Assembly (NCBI GenBank): GCA_963707335.1
Contig: CAVPQD010000027.1
Coordinates: 31,868-95,867 of the forward strand
Direction of reading: 5' to 3'
DNA from: an uncultured Thermoleophilia bacterium
GTDB taxonomy: Bacteria; Actinomycetota; Thermoleophilia; UBA2241
Length of the DNA stretch: 64,000 nucleotides
The notes under the pieces were generated by a model. The model was given only the letters and a program-made list of their open reading frames with translations, was not told the DNA's origin and made no database searches. Made by a program: the position numbers and the translations under genes. This document shows, in pieces, positions 1 through 12,221 of the stretch. Every line of letters begins with the position of its first letter. Positions within the stretch are counted from its first letter, which is position 1.

Positions 1-1053
1 GACCTCGCGCGGCGGGCGCTCGCCCGCCTCGAGCGCCGCGAGCCAGGCTTCGGTGTCCGGTGCGTCCCGCCAGCGGCGCGCGGCCGCGCTACCGGCCGCG
101 CCGGGGTGCCCGGCCGCCGCGGCGCCGACCGCGCCCGGGACCGCGACCGTGCCGACCGCGCCGGGCCCCAGACCCAGGTAGGGGCGGGCGCGCCAGTACG
201 CCACGTTGTGGCGCGCCCGCCTGCCCGGCAGGGCGAAGTTGCTCACCTCATACCAGTCGTAGCCGGCCCGCGACAGTCCGCGCACGATGCGGCGGTAGCC
301 CTCGGCGCGCACCTCGTCGCCGGGATCGGCCGGCATCGCGTCCGCGTCCAGACGGGCCCCGATGTCGTGCGTGGCCCCGGCGCCGAGCCGTGCCGCCAGC
401 GCCGTGCCCTCGATGACGTCGAGCTCATACCAGGACACATGCTCCGGGCGCATCGCAACGACCGTGGCGATGTCCTCGCCGAGCAGCGCCGGGCTCTGAC
501 CGGGGATGCCATGCATGAGATCGAACCCGATGTTCCGGACGCCGGCGGCGCGAAGCGCCCGGAAGGCGGCGCCCGGGTCCGCCGCCGCGCGCCGCCCGAG
601 CACGTCGCGCAGCTCCGGTGCGAAGCTCTGCGCGCCAAGCGAGACACGTACCCCGGCGGACGCTGCCCAGGCGGCGTACGCCTCGTCCACGTCCTCCGGG
701 TTCGTCTCCACCGACACCTCAGCGTGTGGCGTGAGGTACGGCCGGAAGCGCTCGAGCAGTCGCTCGAGCCGGTCCGGCCCCAGCAGGCTCGGCGTACCGC
801 CGCCGAGGTAGAGCGTCGTGAGGCGGCGCACGTCGTGCGCCGCCCGCTCGCGCTCCCACTCTGCGGCCAGGGCCGCCACGTAGCGCTCCAGCAGCAGCTC
901 GCGGCTCGCGCCCGCCGGCCCCGGCGCGGGGCCTCCGATCGCCTGCGAGGCGAACTCGCAGTAGTCGCAGCGCTCGCGACAGAAGGGCACGTGCACGTAG
1001 ACATGCCGTACAGGGCCGGCGAAGGCCGCCGGGCCGTCATCCCGGCGCGTCAT
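1..1053 (-). CDS. hemW: radical-SAM heme chaperone HemW (coproporphyrinogen III oxidase-like); 3' end lies beyond the window
   Basis: Own minus-strand translation from ATG 1053: MTRRDDGPAAFAGPVRHVYVHVPFCRERCDYCEFASQAIGG...ELLLERYVAALAAEWERERA. It carries the CxxxCxxC radical-SAM motif. The frame checked (841-1053) is open and appears to run off the window edge, which would explain its absence from the ORF track. ATGA overlap with the upstream gene; classic lepA-hemW synteny. Confidence 0.85.
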   Translation of the reverse strand, partial: MTRRDDGPAAFAGPVRHVYVHVPFCRERCDYCEFASQAIGGPAPGPAGASRELLLERYVAALAAEWERERAAHDVRRLTTLYLGGGTPSLLGPDRLERLLERFRPYLTPHAEVSVETNPEDVDEAYAAWAASAGVRVSLGAQSFAPELRDVLGRRAAADPGAAFRALRAAGVRNIGFDLMHGIPGQSPALLGEDIATVVAMRPEHVSWYELDVIEGTALAARLGAGATHDIGARLDADAMPADPGDEVRAEGYRRIVRGLSRAGYDWYEVSNFALPGRRARHNVAYWRARPYLGLGPGAVGTVAVPGAVGAAAAGHPGAAGSAAARRWRDAPDTEAWLAALEAGERPPREV

Positions 1054-1634
1054 GGGCCGGTCCTGGTCGGCACGAGGTAGTAGAGCGACCCGTCATGTTC
1101 GTGCTCGAGCCGGCCGCCGTTCCTCTCGATGACGCGACGCGAGGCCAGGTTGTCCGCGTCGCAGTCGAGGTGTGCCGGATCGATCCCCAGCGCGGCCGCG
1201 AGCGGCAGCGCGGCGGCGAGCATCGCCGTGGCATGCCCGCGCCGCCGCGCCGAGGGCCGCACGTCGTAGCCGATGTTGCCGCCCTCGTGCAGCAGGTGTG
1301 GAGTCAGCCGGTGACGGATGGCGATGCGGCCGAGGTAGTCGTCGCCCGCGACCCACCACAGCGTGGTCTGCGGGACGTACCCGTCAGGCCAGGACTCAGG
1401 CTCGGCGCGGCGGAGCGCCGCGACGTAACGGGCGGCGGAGCCGGGGTCGGTCACGTCGGCGCGCAGCGCCTCCACGTAGCGACCGAACTCGGCCGGGTCG
1501 GCGAGCAGCGCTTGGTCGAGCTCCCCGTGCCGGCCCTCGGCGTGATACTCCGCGAGGGCGAGCAGGAAGGACGACCGGTACCGCACGTCGGGAGTGACGA
1601 GCCGTGCCCTGGTGACCGCGGGCGCCGGCGCCAT
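1050..1634 (-). CDS. GNAT-family acetyltransferase (predicted)
   Basis: 194-aa track ORF. ...YLGRIAIRHRLTPHLLHEGGNIGYDVRPSARRRGHATAMLAAALPLA... fits the GNAT acetyl-CoA-binding motif A. Packed between the lepA stop (1636) and the hemW start. Confidence 0.65.
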   Translation of the reverse strand: MAPAPAVTRARLVTPDVRYRSSFLLALAEYHAEGRHGELDQALLADPAEFGRYVEALRADVTDPGSAARYVAALRRAEPESWPDGYVPQTTLWWVAGDDYLGRIAIRHRLTPHLLHEGGNIGYDVRPSARRRGHATAMLAAALPLAAALGIDPAHLDCDADNLASRRVIERNGGRLEHEHDGSLYYLVPTRTGP

Positions 1635-1635
1635 C

Positions 1636-3453
1636 TCAGCGCTCCTTGTCCCCCGGCTCGATCTCGAGCACGGCCAGGAAGGCCTCCTGCGGCACCTCGA
1701 CCACGCCGAGCTGCTTCATCCGCTTCTTGCCTTCCTTCTGCTTCTCCAGCAGCTTGCGCTTGCGGCTGATGTCGCCGCCGTAGCACTTGGCGGTCACGTC
1801 CTTGCGCACCGCCTTGACCGTCTCGCGGGCGACGACCTTGTTGCCGATGGCCGCCTGCACCGGGACCTCGAAGAGCTGGCGCGGGATCTTCTGGCGCAGC
1901 TTCTGCACCAGCGCCTTGCCGCGCAGGTGGGCGCGCTCGCGCGGCGTGATGAGCGAGAGCGCGTCCACCGGCTCGCCGGCGAGCAGGATGTCCAGCTTCA
2001 CGAGGTCGCTCTGCCGGTAGCCGGAGAACTCGTAGTCCAGCGAGGCGTAGCCGCGCGTGCGCGTCTTGAGCTGGTCGAAGAAGTCGAGCACGATCTCGCC
2101 GAGCGGCAGGCGGTAGTGCATCTCGACGCGCTCGGGCGAGAGGTACTTCATGTCGACGAAGTCCGCGCGGCGGCCCTGACACAGCTCCATGATGGTCCCG
2201 ACGAACTCCGTGGGCACGAGGATACTGGCGGCCACGAAGGGCTCCTCGACGTGGTCGATGTACGTCGCCTCGGGCATCTGGGCGGGATTGCGCACGACGA
2301 CCAGGCTCCCGTTCGTGAGATGCGCGTGGTACTCCACGTTGGGCATGGTCGTGATGAGCTCGAGGCCGTACTCGCGTTCCAGACGCTCGTGCACGATGTC
2401 CATGTGCAGCAGCCCGAGGAAGCCGCAGCGGAACCCGAACCCCAGGGCGACCGAGCTCTCCGGATCGTACTGCAGCGCCGCGTCGTTGAGCTTGAGCTTC
2501 TCCAGCGCGTCGCGCAGCTCCTCGAATTTGTCGCCCTCCGTGGGGAACAGCCCGGTGAAGACCATCGGGTGCACGACCTTGTAGCCGGGCAGGGCTGCGC
2601 CGGCCGCCCGGCGCTTGTCCGTGATGGTGTCGCCGACGCGCACCTGGGCGACGTCCTTGACGCCGGTGATGATGTAGCCCACCTCACCCGTCTCGAGCCG
2701 CTCGGTGGGCTTCATGTCCGGGCCGAAGTAGCCGAGCTCCTCGATCTCGGCCTCCTGCGCCGTGCCCATCATCCTGATGAGCTGACGGCGCGCGAAGCTC
2801 CCGTCGACGATGCGCACGTAGGCCACCACGCCGCGGTACTGGTCGTACTCGGAGTCGAAGATGAGGGCGCGCGGGGCGCCGCCGACGTCGCCCTCCGGCG
2901 GCGGGGTGCGCGCCACGACCGCCTCCAGCACGTCCTCCACCCCTTCCCCGGTCTTGGCCGACACCGTGAGGATCTCGTCGTGCGTCGCCCCAGTCAGCTC
3001 GTGGAGCTCCAGCTCGGCCTCGGCGACGTCGGCCGCCGGCAGGTCGATCTTGTTGAGCACGGGGATGATCTCGAGGTCGTTCTCGAGAGCCAGGTAGGCG
3101 TTGGCCACGGTCTGGGCCTCGACGCCCTGCGTGGCGTCCACCAGCAGCACGGCGCCCTCGCAGGCGGCGAGGCTGCGCGACACCTCGTAGGTGAAGTCCA
3201 CGTGGCCGGGAGTGTCGATGAGGTTGAGCTGGTAGGTCTGGCCGTCCCGCGCCTTGTAGGCGATGCGGACGGCCTGGCTCTTGATCGTGATGCCGCGCTC
3301 GCGCTCCAGCTCCATCTTGTCGAGAAGCTGCTCCTTCATGTCGCGCGCCGCGACGGTGCCGGTGCTTTCGAGGATGCGGTCGGCCAGCGTCGACTTGCCG
3401 TGGTCGATGTGCGCGATGATGGAGAAGTTGCGGATGTGGTCCAGCTGCGTCAC
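1636..3453 (-). CDS. lepA: translation elongation factor 4 (LepA)
   Basis: 605-aa ORF with GTPase motifs [23 protein letters not shown] and NKID. LepA-type C-terminus ...[26 protein letters not shown]. Confidence 0.97.
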   Translation of the reverse strand: MTQLDHIRNFSIIAHIDHGKSTLADRILESTGTVAARDMKEQLLDKMELERERGITIKSQAVRIAYKARDGQTYQLNLIDTPGHVDFTYEVSRSLAACEGAVLLVDATQGVEAQTVANAYLALENDLEIIPVLNKIDLPAADVAEAELELHELTGATHDEILTVSAKTGEGVEDVLEAVVARTPPPEGDVGGAPRALIFDSEYDQYRGVVAYVRIVDGSFARRQLIRMMGTAQEAEIEELGYFGPDMKPTERLETGEVGYIITGVKDVAQVRVGDTITDKRRAAGAALPGYKVVHPMVFTGLFPTEGDKFEELRDALEKLKLNDAALQYDPESSVALGFGFRCGFLGLLHMDIVHERLEREYGLELITTMPNVEYHAHLTNGSLVVVRNPAQMPEATYIDHVEEPFVAASILVPTEFVGTIMELCQGRRADFVDMKYLSPERVEMHYRLPLGEIVLDFFDQLKTRTRGYASLDYEFSGYRQSDLVKLDILLAGEPVDALSLITPRERAHLRGKALVQKLRQKIPRQLFEVPVQAAIGNKVVARETVKAVRKDVTAKCYGGDISRKRKLLEKQKEGKKRMKQLGVVEVPQEAFLAVLEIEPGDKER

Positions 3454-3512
3454 GTCAGCGAATGATACCCGAGTCGGCGCAGGCGGGTGCGCGGCACGGG
3501 GCGGCGGCGCCG

Positions 3513-5099
3513 TCAGGCGCCGGCCGGCTCGTCGGGCGGCGCCGCCCCGCGCCGCCGCAGCAGCCGCCAGGCGAGGGCGAGCTCCTCAAGACGCAGCGCC
3601 TTGGCGAGGCCGAGATACGCCGCCCCGCCCGCCCCGACCGCGATCAGCACGGCCACCAGGAGCCGCACCAGACCACCGGCGGCGAAGTCCTCGAGGACGC
3701 TCCAGACACCGTAACTCACCGCCATGAGCAGGCCGGCGCAGGCCAGGGCCTTGAGGCCCGCCGTGCCGATGCGGCGCCCGTCGATGCGCCCCACCTGGCG
3801 CCGGATGAGCCACACCAGGACGACGGTGTTGAAGATCGACACCAGCGAGGTGGACAGCGTGATGCCGGTCACGCCCAGTGGCCCCAGCAGCACCCAGTCC
3901 AGCAGCGCGTTCAGGGCCAGGTTCACGAGCCCGACGTAGAGCGGGAACCACGGCTTCTGCATGCTCTGGAAACCGCGGTTGAACATGATGTTGACATTGG
4001 CGAACGTCAGACCCAGGGCGAAGGCGGCCAGGGCGGGCGCCACGCGGCTCGTGTCCGTCGCCGTGAAGGCGCCGCGCTCGTAGATGAGCCGCACGATCGG
4101 CGCCGCAAGCACCACGAACCAGGCCAGGAACGGCAGCGACACGAAGACCATCTGGCGCACGCCGGTGGACAGCGTGTCGCGGAAGCCGTCCGTGTCCGCC
4201 CGCGCGGCGAAGCGCGACAGCGACGGGAACAGCACGGTGCCGATGGTCACAGCGAAGATGCCCTGGGGCAGCTGATACAGACGGAAGGCGTAGCCGATGT
4301 AGGCGGCGGCGCGGTCGCTCACGAACTGCGCGAAGAAGGTGTCGATGAGCGCGTTGAAGTTCAGGATGCCGAGGGTGATCGTGACGGGCACCATGAGCAG
4401 CAGCACGCGTTTGAGCAGCGGGTCGCGGAAGTGGAACCCGACCCGGATCGGCTCGCCGGCGGCGTGCATGGCAAGCGCCAGCAGGATGAGCTCCACCACC
4501 GTGCCGGCGAGCGTGCCCCAGGCCAGCGCGTAGACCCCCCAATCCTCGTGCCAGACCGCCATGAAGGCGATGATCACGAGGTTCCAGACGATGCTGACCA
4601 CGGCGGGCATGGTGAAGCGCTCATGCGAGTACAGCACGCCCGTGAGCACGCCGGCCAGGGCCAGCACGAGCACGGTCGGCACGAGGATCTGCAGGAACTG
4701 CGCCGCCAGCCGCGCCGTCTCGCTCGTGCCCGTCAGCTCCGGGTAGATCGCCTGTACCACCGGCGTGGCCGCGGCGATGAGCACGACGCACACCAGTCCC
4801 ACGACGGCCAGCATGAAGCCGAGCAGCGTGGCCGTGAGGCGCCGCGCCCGCTCATGATCGCCGGCGGCGAGGAGCGCCGTCAGCACCGGCACGAACGCGG
4901 CGCTGATGGCGGCGTCGGCGAACAGCTGGCGGATGAGGTTGGGCACCACCGACACCGAGACGAACGTGTTGTAGTCGGCCCCGGCGCCGTACACGCCGGC
5001 GGTGATGACCTCGCGGCCCAGGCCGACCAGGCGCGACACGGCCGTGGCCGAGGCCACGATCACCGCCGCCCAGGCCAGTCTGCGGGTGCGTTCGCTCAT
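3513..5099 (-). CDS. murJ: lipid II flippase MurJ/MviN
   Basis: 528-aa polytopic membrane ORF. The N-terminus ...[52 protein letters not shown] is typical of MurJ. Confidence 0.88.
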   Translation of the reverse strand: MSERTRRLAWAAVIVASATAVSRLVGLGREVITAGVYGAGADYNTFVSVSVVPNLIRQLFADAAISAAFVPVLTALLAAGDHERARRLTATLLGFMLAVVGLVCVVLIAAATPVVQAIYPELTGTSETARLAAQFLQILVPTVLVLALAGVLTGVLYSHERFTMPAVVSIVWNLVIIAFMAVWHEDWGVYALAWGTLAGTVVELILLALAMHAAGEPIRVGFHFRDPLLKRVLLLMVPVTITLGILNFNALIDTFFAQFVSDRAAAYIGYAFRLYQLPQGIFAVTIGTVLFPSLSRFAARADTDGFRDTLSTGVRQMVFVSLPFLAWFVVLAAPIVRLIYERGAFTATDTSRVAPALAAFALGLTFANVNIMFNRGFQSMQKPWFPLYVGLVNLALNALLDWVLLGPLGVTGITLSTSLVSIFNTVVLVWLIRRQVGRIDGRRIGTAGLKALACAGLLMAVSYGVWSVLEDFAAGGLVRLLVAVLIAVGAGGAAYLGLAKALRLEELALAWRLLRRRGAAPPDEPAGA

Positions 5100-5337
5100 C
5101 GCTCCATTCGTTCGACGGCCGGCCGCGATGTACCTCGGGGCCGGCCGGCGCCACAGTGTAGCAGGTGCCTGCGGGGCCGCCCCCTTACAGGCCCTCGCTG
5201 AGCGGCGGCGGGCTCAGGCCCGCCGCCGCTCAGCGAGCCCGGCAGCTTGCCGCTCAGGCTCGCCTGTGGTAGCATCCCGCGTCCGAGCGCGCAGCCCCAC
5301 TGTGATCGCACGCACCGTCACGATTCGAAGGGATCCC

Positions 5338-5604
5338 GTGGCCAACATCAAGCAGCAGAAGAAGCGCATCCGCCTCGCCACCAAGCAGCGGCTGCGCAAC
5401 CGGCACACCAAGTCGACGCTCCACACGCTGTTCAAGCGCCTCGAGACCCAGGTCGCCGAGAACGAGCGTGACGAGGCGACGAAGACGGCAGTCTTCCTCA
5501 CCTCGCGCATCGACAAGGCGGCCGCCAAGGGCGTCATCCACAAGAACAACGCCGCTCACAAGAAGAGCCGCGTCGCCAGCGTCATGGCGCGCCTCTCATC
5601 CTGA
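5338..5604 (+). CDS. rpsT: 30S ribosomal protein S20
   Basis: GTG at 5338: VANIKQQKKRIRLATKQRLRNRHTKSTLHTLFKRLE...AAAKGVIHKNNAAHKKSRVASVMARL = bS20. Track ORF 5002..5604 is the same frame over-extended upstream. Confidence 0.93.
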   Translation: MANIKQQKKRIRLATKQRLRNRHTKSTLHTLFKRLETQVAENERDEATKTAVFLTSRIDKAAAKGVIHKNNAAHKKSRVASVMARLSS

Positions 5605-5622
5605 GCTGCGTCCGCGCGTAGA

Positions 5623-5671
5623 ACGACGACGCGGGCGGGGTGCCCCAGAGGCACCCCGCCCGCGTCGTCGT
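5623..5671. terminator. bidirectional terminator-like hairpin between convergent rpsT and holA
   Basis: Perfect 22-bp stem (5623-5644 pairs with 5650-5671) with a 5-nt loop. No clear U-tract. Confidence 0.6.
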
Positions 5672-5690
5672 CTCCGTCCTCCGCGGGACG

Positions 5691-6680
5691 TCAGCCCAGC
5701 ATGCGGCCCAGGGCCAGCTCCACGCAGAGCCGGTCGCTGTGGTTCACTCCGCCGCTGCTCTCCAGGGTCGCCGGCGCCCGCCCTCGCATGCCGACCTCGG
5801 CCTCGGCCAGCGCCCTGTAGGCCCGGTTGAGGCGGCGGCGGTCGTAGCTCTCGCGCTGCTCCAGCAGCTTGCGCGCCGTGAACGGGTGCACGCGCAGCTG
5901 CTTGGCCGCCGTGCCCTGGTCCACGTCGCCCAGCTGCGTCGCGCGGTCCAGCAGGCCCACGTGACGTTTGAGGCTGTAGAGGACCGCGTTGGCGTCCTCC
6001 CCGGCGGCGTACACGCTCTCCAGAAGCACGAACGCCGCGCGCCGGTCGCGAGCGCCCACGGCGTCCATGAGGTCGAAGATGCGCGCCTCCACCGCCGGTG
6101 TGCACACGGCATCGACGTCCTCCACGCTGGCTTCGTCGCCGCGGCAGTAGGCGGCCAGTTTCTCGATCTCGCGCTCCAGCCGCTCGGGGGCGTCGCCTGA
6201 GACGCTCAGCAGGCGCCTGGCCGGCGCCGGCCCCATGCGCAGGCCGTGCGCGCGGGCGCGCTCCGCGACCCACTTGGCGAGCTCGTACTTCTTGGGCAGG
6301 TCGTAGCGAAGCACCTCGCCGGCTTTGGCTACCGCCTTCGCCAGGGCGTCGTCCTTGGCGAAGGTCTCGCCCTCGATCGCCAGGCAAGTGTCCGGCATGG
6401 GGTCCTGCAGGTAACCGACGACCGCCTGGCGCTGCTTGACCTTCCACTTGTGACCGTTGAACACGAGCAGCAGCCGCGTCCCCAGCGCGAAGCCGGGCGT
6501 CGAGGCCGCCTCCAGCACCCGTTCCGGGGTGTCGGTCTCGGCGTCGAACAGCGCGATGTTGAGATCGCTGCCCGACTCCTCCTCGACACGGCGCCGCAAC
6601 CGCGACGCCGCCCGCCGCACCTTGGGCCGGTCGGTGCCGCAGAGAAGATAGGCGGGTCGGAGGGGCGAGGGCTCACTCAT
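5691..6680 (-). CDS. holA: DNA polymerase III delta subunit
   Basis: 329-aa ORF. MSEPSPLRPAYLLCGTDRPKV...LVFNGHKW...ERLEREIEKLAAY... has the HolA architecture. Lies in the conserved comEA-comEC-holA / rpsT neighbourhood. Confidence 0.85.
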   Translation of the reverse strand: MSEPSPLRPAYLLCGTDRPKVRRAASRLRRRVEEESGSDLNIALFDAETDTPERVLEAASTPGFALGTRLLLVFNGHKWKVKQRQAVVGYLQDPMPDTCLAIEGETFAKDDALAKAVAKAGEVLRYDLPKKYELAKWVAERARAHGLRMGPAPARRLLSVSGDAPERLEREIEKLAAYCRGDEASVEDVDAVCTPAVEARIFDLMDAVGARDRRAAFVLLESVYAAGEDANAVLYSLKRHVGLLDRATQLGDVDQGTAAKQLRVHPFTARKLLEQRESYDRRRLNRAYRALAEAEVGMRGRAPATLESSGGVNHSDRLCVELALGRMLG

Positions 6681-6770
6681 CGCCAGCGAAGGATAGCACG
6701 GGGCGGTCGCGGCTCGGTCCGGTCTCGGCGCGAGCGGTCTCGCGGCAAGGGCCGCGTGACGCGGCCCGCG

Positions 6771-9164
6771 TCACCGGCCGTGCTGCTCCACGGCGACAGT
6801 CAGGCGGGACGCCGACGCGGTCAGCACGACGTCGCCGCGCTGGTCCGTGCGCAGGCAGGGCACGCCCTGCGCCTGTACCAGCGCCAGCATCTCGGGCGTG
6901 GGGTGCCCGTACCGGTTGGGCCCCACCGAGATGACGGCCAGCCGCGGCGCCAGACGCTGCATGAGCGCCGCGTCGATGCCGCCGCGACTGCCGTGGTGAG
7001 GGAGCTCGACCACGGCGCACGCCGGCAGGTCCAGGTGAGCCAGGACGTCGCCCTCGGCGTCGCCGGGCACCAGCACGTCCTGCCCGGCCAGCCCGGCGAG
7101 CACGACGAGCGCGGCGTCGTTCTCGCCCTGGTTGCCGCCCTCGCCGCTCATCCCGGACGTCGGCAGCACGCGCAGGCTCCAACCTTGCTCGTGAAACTCG
7201 ACGGGCGCGTCGCACCAGCGCATCGGCACGCCCGCGGCGCGCAGGTCGGCGACCAGCCGAGCCATCGACTCCGACCCCTGCGGCGGCCGTGGCAGCAGCG
7301 CCGTGGTGATGGGCACGCGGCCCAGCACGTCCTGCAGTCCGGCCGCGTGATCGGCATGGCCGTGCGACATGATCAGCAGGTCGATGCGCCGCACGGCGTG
7401 CTGGCGGAGCGTGCGGGCCAGCGGCTCGGGACCGGCGTCGATGAGCACGGTGGGGCCGCCGGGCGCCTGGAAGAGCGCGGCGGCCCCCTCGCCCACGTCC
7501 AGGAGCGTGAGCGTTGGCTGCCGGGGCGCCGCCGGCCCGGCGGGCGCCAACAGCAACGTCGCCGCGACGACGGCCGCCGTGACGGCAGCGAGCGGCGCCC
7601 GCAGCCGCGGCAGGCGCAGGTAGGCGGGCAGGCTGAGGCCGCTGCGGCGGGCGAGCACGAGCAGCGCCGCGGCCTCGGCACCCAGCGCCGCGGCGAGCAG
7701 CAGGCGCAGGTCCAGGCCCTGCCACTCGTACACCGCCCAGGGCAGGCGTCCGAAGAGACGCGCGACGTCCAGGAGGAAGCCGATGAACAGCCCGGCGACC
7801 ACGTTGAGCGGCGCCGACAGCCACGTGCTCACGAAACCCAGCAGCAGCGACAGCATGCCGACGAACATGATAGGGCCCAGCACGAAACCGCCGGCGACGT
7901 TCGCCGGCACCGACACGATCGACGCCGAGCCGAAGGTGAGCATCGAGACCGGCGCCGTGGAGATGCTGGCCGCGGTGGTGACGCCGACCTGCTCGGACAG
8001 CGGCCCGGGCAGGAAGGCGAGGGCCCGCGTGAGCGGGCGCGCCAGCACCAGCAGACCCACCACCGCCCCGAACGAGAGCTGGAAGCTCACGTCGAACAGA
8101 TTGTTGGGGTTGACGGTGAGCAGCCAGCAGCCCGGCGCCAGCCACAGCAGCCAGCCGTCGCTGGGCCGCGAGGCGAGCACCGCCAGGAGGCCGACGATGC
8201 CGGCCACCCCGGCGCGCACGATGGACGGCGAGGCGCCGGTGAGCAGGACATAGGTGGCCACGACCGGCAGCAGCAGCGTGGTGCGCACGAGCCGGGGGAT
8301 GCCGAGCAGGGCGAAGGCGAACGACCACATGCCGCACAGCAGCACGACGTTCTCGCCGGACACGGCCATGATGTGCAGCAGGCCGCTCTGGCGGAAGTCG
8401 TCGATGGACTGCTGGTCGACTCCTTCGTCGTCGCCCAGCACCATGCCCTGCAGCACCTCGCTGATGGGCGGGTGGACGCCCGCGCGCAGGTGCGCGCGCG
8501 AGGCCTGTCGCAGCCGGTCGACCAGACCTTGCAGGCCGCCACGCCTGCCGGTGATGTGCAGGTCGGCGAAGTCGGCGCTCAGCGTGACGTGCTCGCCGCG
8601 CCGCCGCAGGTAGCGGCCGTAGTCGAATTCGCCGGGCTCGGCCCGCGGCAGCTCCTCGACCATCACCGGGCTCACGGAGAGGCGCGCCCCCTCGACCAGC
8701 GGCCCCTCGGAGTCGAGGGCGAAGGACTGCCCCTCCTCCAGCCCGAGACGCAGGTGCGCCTGCTCACGCATCCGCCGGCCGTCCACGGCGGTGACCAGGA
8801 CGGCCAGCGTGACCGTGTCGTCGTCGATCGAGGGCAGATCGGTGAGGACGGCCTGCAAGCCGACGCTCTCACCGATGAGCGGCTGCAGCGCCGATCGCTG
8901 CAGCGCGAGCAGCCGTTGCTCGCCGACGGCCAGCCCGGCGACGAGGAACAGCGTCGCCACAGCCGCGGGCAGCAGCAGGGCGGTCAGGCCCGGGCGCCCG
9001 CTCGTCGCCCGCAGCCGGGAGGCCGCGGCCACGCCGGCCACGGCGCCCGCCGCGGCCAGCACGAGCCACAGCAGGCCGGGCCGGACGGCGAGCACCGCGC
9101 ACAGGCCGGCACAGTACGCGCCGAGCAACAGATGAGGCGGCGCGACGGTGCGCGGCACGATCAC
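6771..9164 (-). CDS. comEC: DNA internalization competence protein ComEC/Rec2 (competence domain + metallo-beta-lactamase domain)
   Basis: Polytopic N-terminal and middle part; C-terminal MBL motif LLIMSHGHADHAAGL ... LPHHGSRGG. Start set at GTG 9164 (GTGA overlap with the comEA stop). Track ORF 6771..9806 runs further upstream through comEA out of frame. Confidence 0.88.
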   Translation of the reverse strand: MIVPRTVAPPHLLLGAYCAGLCAVLAVRPGLLWLVLAAAGAVAGVAAASRLRATSGRPGLTALLLPAAVATLFLVAGLAVGEQRLLALQRSALQPLIGESVGLQAVLTDLPSIDDDTVTLAVLVTAVDGRRMREQAHLRLGLEEGQSFALDSEGPLVEGARLSVSPVMVEELPRAEPGEFDYGRYLRRRGEHVTLSADFADLHITGRRGGLQGLVDRLRQASRAHLRAGVHPPISEVLQGMVLGDDEGVDQQSIDDFRQSGLLHIMAVSGENVVLLCGMWSFAFALLGIPRLVRTTLLLPVVATYVLLTGASPSIVRAGVAGIVGLLAVLASRPSDGWLLWLAPGCWLLTVNPNNLFDVSFQLSFGAVVGLLVLARPLTRALAFLPGPLSEQVGVTTAASISTAPVSMLTFGSASIVSVPANVAGGFVLGPIMFVGMLSLLLGFVSTWLSAPLNVVAGLFIGFLLDVARLFGRLPWAVYEWQGLDLRLLLAAALGAEAAALLVLARRSGLSLPAYLRLPRLRAPLAAVTAAVVAATLLLAPAGPAAPRQPTLTLLDVGEGAAALFQAPGGPTVLIDAGPEPLARTLRQHAVRRIDLLIMSHGHADHAAGLQDVLGRVPITTALLPRPPQGSESMARLVADLRAAGVPMRWCDAPVEFHEQGWSLRVLPTSGMSGEGGNQGENDAALVVLAGLAGQDVLVPGDAEGDVLAHLDLPACAVVELPHHGSRGGIDAALMQRLAPRLAVISVGPNRYGHPTPEMLALVQAQGVPCLRTDQRGDVVLTASASRLTVAVEQHGR

Positions 9165-9799
9165 ACCGTGATGAAGTCTTTCATGGCGGCGAACTTGGCG
9201 TCGCCGATGCCGGGCACGTCCTTGATCTCGTCGATGGTCTTGAAACCGCCGTTCTCGGTGCGATAGTCGATGATCTTCTGCGCCGTGGACGGCCCGACGC
9301 CCTGCAGCGCGTCGAGCTCGGCGAGCGACGCCGTGTTGATGTTCACGAGCCCGCCCGCGACGGCGGCGCCGGTGACAGTACCGGCGACCGCGGATGAGGC
9401 GGCGGAGGCGGCGCCCGTAGCCGCCGGCGCGGCCGCCGCTCCTTGCTCGGGCACCACGATCTGTTGCCCGTCGGTCACCCTGGCGGCGAGGTTGACGGCG
9501 GCGAGCTCCGCCTTGGCGGTGGCGCCGCCGGCCAGCTCGAGCGCGTCGGCGACGCGGGCGCCTCCGGGCAGCCGCACGACGCCCGGCGACCGCACGGCCC
9601 CGCACACGTAGACCAGGACATCGGGAACGGTGGAGGGCGACGCGGAGCCCGGCGAGGGTGAGGAGACCGGCGCCAGCACCAGCTCGTCGCCACCCGGCGA
9701 ACCAGCCGACTTCGGCACGACGACGTAGCGGACGCCGACCGCGATGACCACGGCCGCCAGGGCCACATAGGCGTAGATCTGCCGGCGGGACAGCTGCAT
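9161..9799 (-). CDS. comEA: competence protein ComEA (helix-hairpin-helix DNA receptor)
   Basis: 212 aa with an N-terminal TM helix. SLBB-like VYVCGAVRSPGVVRLPGGARVADALELAGG. C-terminal HhH NINTASLAELDALQGVGPSTAQKIIDYRTENGGFKTIDEIKDVPGIG. Confidence 0.88.
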   Translation of the reverse strand: MQLSRRQIYAYVALAAVVIAVGVRYVVVPKSAGSPGGDELVLAPVSSPSPGSASPSTVPDVLVYVCGAVRSPGVVRLPGGARVADALELAGGATAKAELAAVNLAARVTDGQQIVVPEQGAAAAPAATGAASAASSAVAGTVTGAAVAGGLVNINTASLAELDALQGVGPSTAQKIIDYRTENGGFKTIDEIKDVPGIGDAKFAAMKDFITV

Positions 9800-10019
9800 G
9801 GGTCACCCCCGTGAGGTCGCGGTGTCGCCCGGCGGTGGAGCCGGGCAGCGAGCAGTCACCACCGTAGCCGGGGCGACGGCGAGGCGCATCGCCCCTCAGG
9901 GGCTATCGCAGCGGATGACAGTCGGACGCAGGCGATCGGGCCGGGGACGGTGTGTCGACTGGCTCTCCCGACGTGCGGTACGCTTGCCGGCGACAGGCGC
10001 GACGGCGGAAGGAGCGCTC

Positions 10020-10426
10020 ATGGGAGCAGATCAGGTCACCTTGTCGGGCGGCGCGCTGGCCGCCGTCATCGTCGTCAGCCTCGCCGTCATCGCGCTCGAC
10101 GTCGTCTGCATCGTCGACGTGGTCAGACGCCCCGCGGTGCTGGGGGGCCGCAAGTGGCTCTGGATCCTCGTCATCTGCCTGCTCAACCTGATCGGACCGA
10201 TCGTCTACCTGGCGGTGGGCCGCGTCCCGGCGCCGGCGGCCGAGCCGCAGCCCGCGGACTCCCCCCCAGGCGACCGCGCCGCGGCCGCCGCGGACCTCTT
10301 GTACGGCCCGCCCGCCCCGCAGGCCACGCCACCGCCGCCGTCGCTGCCCGACGCGGCGGTCGCGACCGTCGAGCCGCCGCCGGCGCCCGAGGCGCCCGGG
10401 CCGCCCGACACGCCCTCGCCCACTCA

Positions 10427-10430
<4 letters not shown>
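10020..10430 (+). CDS. small membrane protein with PLD-nuclease N-terminal (PLDc_N)-like domain and Pro-rich tail
   Basis: ATG 10020 follows SD GGAAGGAG. VVSLAVIALDVVCIVDVVRRP...RKWLWILVICLLNLIGPIVYLAVGR is the typical two-TM PLDc_N pattern. Its stop overlaps the next gene (GTGA). Confidence 0.6.
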
Positions 10431-11367
<937 letters not shown>

Positions 11368-11371
<4 letters not shown>

Positions 11372-12132
11372 ACGGCTTCCGCGCCTTCCTCGGCAAGGAG
11401 GCCCGCGAGACACGCAAGACGTGGCGCCTGTGGGTCGTGCCCGGCATCCTCGTCTTCCTCGGCGTCACCTCGCCGATCCTCGCCGCCGTCACGCCGGCGC
11501 TGCTGCGCGCCACGGCGGAGCGCAACCCCGGCGTGGTCTTCCGTTTCCCCACGCCCACCGCCAGCGACGCCTACCTGCAGTACCTCGGCAACCTGGCCCA
11601 GGTGGCGCTCCTCGCCATCATCATCACGGGCGCCGCCACGGTGGCCTCGGAGCGGCGCGCCGGCACCGCCGTGCTGATGCTCACCAAGCCGTTGACGCGC
11701 GCCGGCTTCATCTCGGCGAAGGTCGTGTCGGGCCTGGCGCTGCTGGTGGCGGCCACGGCCCTCGGCAGCGCCCTGTGCGTGCTCACGACGATCCTCTTGT
11801 TCGACGCGAGCCTGATCGCCGACTTCATCGTGTCCGTGGCGCTGTGGCTCGCGCTGGCCGCCATGTTCACCACACTCATGATCTTGCTGTCGGCGGCGAT
11901 GGACCGCCAGGCGCCGGCCGCGGGCGTCGGCATCGGCGTCTACGTGGCGCTCTTCGTGCTCACCGGCTTCCCGCTGGTCCGAGACCACTCGCCGGCCGGA
12001 CTCATGGCGGCCAACGACGCCATCATCGCAGGGCGGGACGTGGCCCTGGCCTGGCCGCTGGTCACCACGGCGGTGCTGTGCGCGCTCTTGGCGGTGGCCG
12101 CCATCGCCGTGTTCCGGCGCAAGGAGCTGTGA
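11368..12132 (+). CDS. ABC-2 type transporter permease
   Basis: GTG 11368 (GTGA overlap with the ATPase stop). About 6 predicted TM segments, no soluble domain, and the expected position after the ATPase. Confidence 0.75.
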
Positions 12133-12221
12133 CAACGGCACGGAGCCTGACCGGCGTCAAGGATGGGGTAATGTCGCCCACACCGAGCACGGCGTCGCAC
12201 ACGATCTGACTGGAGGCGGAC

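Noticed and set aside
1594-3465. Very long ORFs antisense to conserved genes, e.g. 1594-3465(+) opposite lepA, 6246-9266(+) opposite comEC, 35487-37580(+) opposite ftsI, 43614-45632(+) opposite pcrA, and 3462-5201(+) opposite murJ.
   Set aside because: Their translations are Arg/Ala/Gly/His/Asp-rich low complexity with no motifs, and the opposite strand encodes unmistakable conserved proteins. Stop-poor antisense frames are expected at this GC content.
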